Below, one piece after another: positions 60,875 to 64,000 of a stretch of 64,000 nucleotides of DNA (position 1 is its first letter; the number at the start of each line of letters is the position of its first letter). The notes under the pieces are model-generated. The model was not told the DNA's origin, made no database searches, and worked only from the letters and a program-made list of their open reading frames with translations. This DNA comes from Anaerolineales bacterium. Its GTDB lineage: Bacteria > Chloroflexota > Anaerolineae > Anaerolineales > E44-bin32. The stretch spans positions 9,632 through 73,631 of the forward strand of contig JBGMQN010000071.1 of assembly GCA_048054495.1 (NCBI GenBank). The letters are read 5' to 3'. The position numbers and the translations under genes are program-made.

Positions 60875-61663
60875 CTAGGTGATGGAGGCTAGTTCAGCCC
60901 TGGCTTGCGCGATCTCAAGCTCAAGATCCTTGGCAGTCTGACCCAGCAGGTCCTGGCCGGATTGGCGGGCCATACTCACATCGAGCTGAAGCTGGACCAG
61001 CGCCGAACTGGAAAGCTCATCCAGCTGCCGATTGAGTACCGCGATAAGTTGGTCAAGTCTCAGGACCTCAGCCGCCATTTCTGCCAGGAGTTCTTCTCGA
61101 GACCGGGTCACTTTCTGGGGCGGACGATCGGGCCGCTGCTGCAGCTCGAGAAGGGCATTGAGATCCTGTCCCTCGTACGCGGCATTGACCGCAGCCATCA
61201 TCTCCTCCCGCCACTCCTTTTCCTCCGCATCAGTGGTCAAATCCGGATGAAAGCGCTTGGCCAGCTCCCGATACAGAGCTTTTAGCTCCGACTGCTCTGG
61301 CGGGGGAGCCGTGCGGGGCCGTTCAGTCTGCGGCCTGCGTGGGGTCCAGGCGCGTTCAAATTGTTGGACCACATCCGGCGCCTGCTCCAGGTCCTTTCCC
61401 CATTGTGCGCGCCGTTCGGCCGCGTGCCGCGATTTGCGTAGCTGAGCCTGTAGGTCGGCAAGCTGATGTTCGAGTGGCCGGATGCGTACTTCGAGCTGTC
61501 TCTCAAATTCCGCCAGAGATACGCGCATATCGAAGAGCTCGAGCTCCAGCTCGGCTACGGTTTCCTGTTGCATGGAGATTTTGGCCCGCAGGGATCTTAG
61601 TTCGGGGTCAGTGGCTTCGCGGATCGCACTGGAAAGCGAGGATCGATTGCGGCGACCGAACAT
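60875..61663 (-). CDS. J-domain protein flanked by coiled coils
   Basis: A central LKALYRELAKRFHPDL (HPD motif) lies between heptad-like Leu/Glu/Gln-rich segments. No Zn-finger or DnaJ C-terminal domains are present. Confidence 0.7.
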   Translation of the reverse strand: MFGRRNRSSLSSAIREATDPELRSLRAKISMQQETVAELELELFDMRVSLAEFERQLEVRIRPLEHQLADLQAQLRKSRHAAERRAQWGKDLEQAPDVVQQFERAWTPRRPQTERPRTAPPPEQSELKALYRELAKRFHPDLTTDAEEKEWREEMMAAVNAAYEGQDLNALLELQQRPDRPPQKVTRSREELLAEMAAEVLRLDQLIAVLNRQLDELSSSALVQLQLDVSMARQSGQDLLGQTAKDLELEIAQARAELASIT

Positions 61664-61690
61664 TCGTTGGATTGTACACGAAGCGCTGCC

Positions 61691-62470
61691 CTAGGATCTC
61701 GCGCGATGATTATTGCGTGAGACGAATCGGGAAGAGGTTTCCAGGTGGGCGGGTGCTGCCCAAAGGTCGAGGAACAAGGCCCGCTCTTGAGCAAGCGCCT
61801 CGGCGGGGGGAAGCTCGATTCCAGCTTGCAGTAGCCGTTTGACGCTGCGAACAGCATCAGGATCTCTCTGCGCTATCTCCTCGGCTATTAGGGAACCGGC
61901 TTCCAGAGCCTGCCCCTTGGTAACGATGCGATTCACGAGTCCGTACTCTTGGGCCTCGGAGGAGGAGAGCACGCGTCCGATAGCCAGCCACTCCATCGCA
62001 CGACTATATCCCACGATGCGCATCAGGCGCTGTCCCCCGCCCCACGCAGGAGTAATCCCAAGTCGAATGTGCATGCATCCGAGGGAGGCGCCCTCCGCCA
62101 TGATTCGAAGGTCGCATGCAAGTGCGACCTTCGCGCCGCCACCCAATGCTGGGCCCTCGATCGCGGCGATCGTGGGGAAGGGAAGCGATTCCAGTGCCAC
62201 TAGCGCATCCCCCATTGTGCCCACCAGTCGAGCGCCGTCCAGTCGGTCGGGGTACTTGTCGAGCTCATACAGATCGCCGCCGGTACAAAACGTGCCATTA
62301 GCCCCGGTCACGATCAAGACCCGCAAATCAGGCTCCTTGTGCGCTGAGCTCACAGCGGCAGAAAAGCTTTCCATCGCCTTCCAATTGAGCGCATTGCGCA
62401 GCTGAGGCCGGTTGATGGTCAGCAGGCCAACGCCGGTGGAAGTCCTCTCAAACAGAATGCTGGTTGTCAG
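61691..62470 (-). CDS. Enoyl-CoA hydratase/isomerase (crotonase) family protein; 5' end lacks a canonical start
   Basis: Crotonase motifs (LTINRPQLRNALN, VLIVTGANGTFCTGGDL, AAIEGPALGGG). The NRP..NAL segment lies upstream of the first ATG (62374), in an open frame that contains no ATG, GTG or TTG. CTG at 62470 is the nearest plausible start. Confidence 0.7.
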   Translation of the reverse strand: MTTSILFERTSTGVGLLTINRPQLRNALNWKAMESFSAAVSSAHKEPDLRVLIVTGANGTFCTGGDLYELDKYPDRLDGARLVGTMGDALVALESLPFPTIAAIEGPALGGGAKVALACDLRIMAEGASLGCMHIRLGITPAWGGGQRLMRIVGYSRAMEWLAIGRVLSSSEAQEYGLVNRIVTKGQALEAGSLIAEEIAQRDPDAVRSVKRLLQAGIELPPAEALAQERALFLDLWAAPAHLETSSRFVSRNNHRARS

Positions 62471-62493
62471 AAAAAGCTCTCCTTGAACCGCTC

Positions 62494-62502
62494 TGGTATA
62501 CT
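62494..62502 (+). promoter_or_regulatory. Extended -10 promoter TGgTATACT for tRNA-Pro
   Basis: Read directly. It ends 10 nt before the tRNA 5' end. Confidence 0.45.
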
Positions 62503-62512
62503 CGTCGCCGGC

Positions 62513-62588
62513 CGGGGTGTGGCGCAGTTGGAAGCGCGCCGCGTTTGGGACGCGGAGGTCGGCGGTTCAAGTCCGCCCACCCCGACCA
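62513..62588 (+). tRNA. tRNA-Pro (anticodon TGG), CCA encoded
   Basis: Hand-folded. Acceptor CGGGGTG/CACCCCG with C1-G72, D arm GCGC-AGTTGGAA-GCGC, anticodon arm CCGCG-TTTGGGA-CGCGG, T arm GGCGG-TTCAAGT-CCGCC, discriminator A, then CCA. Confidence 0.9.
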
Positions 62589-62646
62589 TCTCAGTACCCC
62601 TTAGGCGCAACTTATCAATATAACCCGGATTCAATGAGAAGGTGCG

Positions 62647-62970
62647 GTGCGCGGGAAGCGGAGTTCGATCGCTAGAACCAAAATCGATTTGGTGCTTGTT
62701 AGCGCGCGCTACGAGCCGGAAACAAGGAGACTGATCTTCGCGCGTGGTTTCGCGCGCCGCGGGCAGGTGTGGACGGACATCAAGCTTTTTGACCGCGCAA
62801 GTCTCGTTGAGGGCTTGAAGAAGGGCCAGAAGATCGTGACGGGCCGGAGCTCAGCTCTCGCAGGCGATTTCGAAAACCTTTCTCCCATTCACGTGGGCTC
62901 GGAAGAACAACTCTTTGCCGGAGGGGTGAGCGAGCACGCCGGTGACGACTTAAGGCTTCCTATCTTTTAG
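62647..62970 (+). CDS. Hypothetical small protein (107 aa)
   Basis: Listed ORF with a GTG start between tRNA genes. No recognisable motif. Confidence 0.35.
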   Translation: MRGKRSSIARTKIDLVLVSARYEPETRRLIFARGFARRGQVWTDIKLFDRASLVEGLKKGQKIVTGRSSALAGDFENLSPIHVGSEEQLFAGGVSEHAGDDLRLPIF

Positions 62971-63015
62971 GGATCGATCCCCGATTGCGGCGTCAGATAA
63001 GTAGATTGGTCCGCG

Positions 63016-63024
63016 TGGTAGAAT
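63016..63024 (+). promoter_or_regulatory. Extended -10 promoter TGgTAGAAT for the tRNA-Gly/tRNA-Met unit
   Basis: Read directly, 23 nt upstream of tRNA-Gly. Confidence 0.5.
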
Positions 63025-63047
63025 GCCCGCGCTTCCTCTCCCTCCAG

Positions 63048-63122
63048 GCGGGCATAGCTCAGTTGGTAGAGCGCGGGCCTTCCAAGCCCGATGCACGGGT
63101 TCGAATCCCGTTGCCCGCTCCA
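63048..63122 (+). tRNA. tRNA-Gly (anticodon TCC), CCA encoded
   Basis: Acceptor GCGGGCA/TGCCCGC, D arm GCTC-AGTTGGTA-GAGC, anticodon loop CTTCCAA, T arm ACGGG-TTCGAAT-CCCGT, discriminator T, then CCA. Confidence 0.9.
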
Positions 63123-63133
63123 TTTTAGGGAAA

Positions 63134-63209
63134 GGGCCCGTAGCTCAGTGGTTAGAGCGGCCGGCTCATAACCGGTTGGTCGCAGGTTCGAGTCCTGCCG
63201 GGCCCACCA
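63134..63209 (+). tRNA. tRNA with CAT anticodon (elongator Met, or Ile2 if lysidine-modified), CCA encoded
   Basis: Acceptor GGGCCCG/CGGGCCC with G1-C72, so it is not an initiator. Anticodon loop CTCATAA, T arm GCAGG-TTCGAGT-CCTGC, discriminator A, then CCA. Confidence 0.85.
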
Positions 63210-63213
63210 AATA

Positions 63214-63238
63214 CCCGCCTTCTGGCGGGCCTTTTATT
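63214..63238 (+). terminator. Rho-independent terminator after the tRNA unit
   Basis: CCCGCC-ttct-GGCGGG followed by ccttttatt. Confidence 0.8.
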
Positions 63239-63342
63239 CCTTAGTCGCACAAATGGCGGTCTGCACGGAAATAGGAATCAAGGGGAGTTTGGAGTTCGGT
63301 TTTATGTGTGCGAGAATAACCGAGCACAGGTGAAATCTACAC

Positions 63343-64000
63343 ATGGATGAAAAGAAGGAAGATGTGGGCTTATTAGGACGCATTGCCGGATGGTTTAGGG
63401 GCCGGAGAGAGGACCAAGGTCCGGAACCTGACCTGGCTGATACGGCGCCGCTCAGTCCCGACAATCTCGATCAGATCCCCGGTGGAAAGATACGCGAGAT
63501 CCTAGAGGCGGGAAGTGCACAGTCGGTAGGATTAGAGCGTGAAAACAACGAGGATTCGGTCTTCGTGATGTATGGGGCTTCGTATGGTGAGGAGCCGCTC
63601 CCGGAATTTGGCTTGTTTTGCGTAGCCGATGGGGCAGGGGGATTGGGACATGGAGAGCTGGCAAGCTCGATCGCGCTGAAGGCCGTGGTCAGCAGCCTGA
63701 TGGAAAATGCGGTGCTAAAAGCGCTGCAACTCGATCAGACCGACCCGGCACCGAGCATTGAGGACATCGCGCGGCAGGCCATGGAGCATGCCAATGAGGA
63801 GGTTATTGATTCGGCCAACGGTGGCGTAACGACGCTGACCGTGGCGATGATCCTCAACGGGCAAATGGTTATTGGCCACGTCGGTGATAGCCGAGCGTAC
63901 CTGGTTGAAAATGGCAAATCACGTGTGCTGACCCGTGACCACTCTTACTCATGGCGCCTGGTCGAAATCGGGCAGATCACCCCAGAAGAAGCGATGGAGC
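63343..64000 (+). CDS. PP2C-family phosphatase (3' end beyond window)
   Basis: Translated by hand, as it is absent from the ORF track because no stop falls in the window. Sequence reads MDEKKEDVGLL...ENNEDSVFV...FCVADGAGGLGHGELAS...GHVGDSRAYLVENGKSRVLTRDHS. About 60 aa precede the catalytic domain. Confidence 0.8.
   Translation, partial: MDEKKEDVGLLGRIAGWFRGRREDQGPEPDLADTAPLSPDNLDQIPGGKIREILEAGSAQSVGLERENNEDSVFVMYGASYGEEPLPEFGLFCVADGAGGLGHGELASSIALKAVVSSLMENAVLKALQLDQTDPAPSIEDIARQAMEHANEEVIDSANGGVTTLTVAMILNGQMVIGHVGDSRAYLVENGKSRVLTRDHSYSWRLVEIGQITPEEAME

Noticed and set aside
63023-63244. 73-aa ORF on the plus strand
   Set aside because: It is made entirely of tRNA-Gly and tRNA-Met sequence and is therefore not coding.
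62513-63342. Genomic island or integration hotspot at the tRNA cluster
   Set aside because: No integrase, transposase or duplicated tRNA 3' end (att-like direct repeat) was seen nearby. The flanking genes are ordinary (crotonase, PP2C).
1-64000. CRISPR arrays, IS elements, prophage, toxin-antitoxin or known defence systems
   Set aside because: I saw no regularly spaced short repeats, no transposase/integrase/reverse-transcriptase-like ORFs, and no recognisable defence-gene motifs in the ORF track. A by-eye scan cannot exclude short degenerate elements.

Overview
This is a high-GC (roughly 60%) bacterial chromosomal window with about 60 protein genes and 3 tRNAs. I saw no rRNA, CRISPR array, transposase or integrase. 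Several signals suggest a Chloroflexota-like or other Terrabacteria organism, though this is low-confidence inference. They are a GAAC-N4-GTTC LexA box, recurrent extended -10 promoters (TGnTAnnnT), FHA/PP2C signalling genes, and an actinobacterial-type kinase-like/DUF3090/phosphomutase trio.

Most of the window is housekeeping:
- a 2-oxoacid dehydrogenase E1a-E1b-E2-E3 operon and citrate synthase
- ferritin and an OmpR/HK two-component pair
- PGM, glycerate kinase, uvrC, hom, rarA, maf, a PBP2-type transpeptidase and rsgA
- coaE, guaA, xpt and lexA

The candidates most worth a second look are:
1. An eight-gene, translationally coupled operon (19.2-27.0 kb). It encodes uncharacterised membrane proteins, a zinc-ribbon/acidic-repeat protein and an actin-fold (GlmL/MutL-like) ATPase.
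2. Convergent with that operon, a two-gene operon with its own promoter. It encodes a Roadblock-like protein and a Rab/Ras-like small GTPase carrying eukaryote-type motifs.
3. A rarA-coupled trio of histidine phosphatase, DUF3090 zinc-ribbon protein and PI3/4-kinase-like protein, of unknown function.
4. A complete 25-codon mini-gene (promoter, SD, terminator) upstream of two tandem double-GNAT genes.
5. A promoter-driven, apparently structured RNA in a 460-bp gene-free gap.
6. Several unusual fusions or pairings: protease plus a free copy of its N-domain, UbiA with a soluble N-domain, MFS with a degenerate cyclase domain, and CoaE with a GNAT-like domain.

All functional calls come from motifs read by eye. 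No database search was run.
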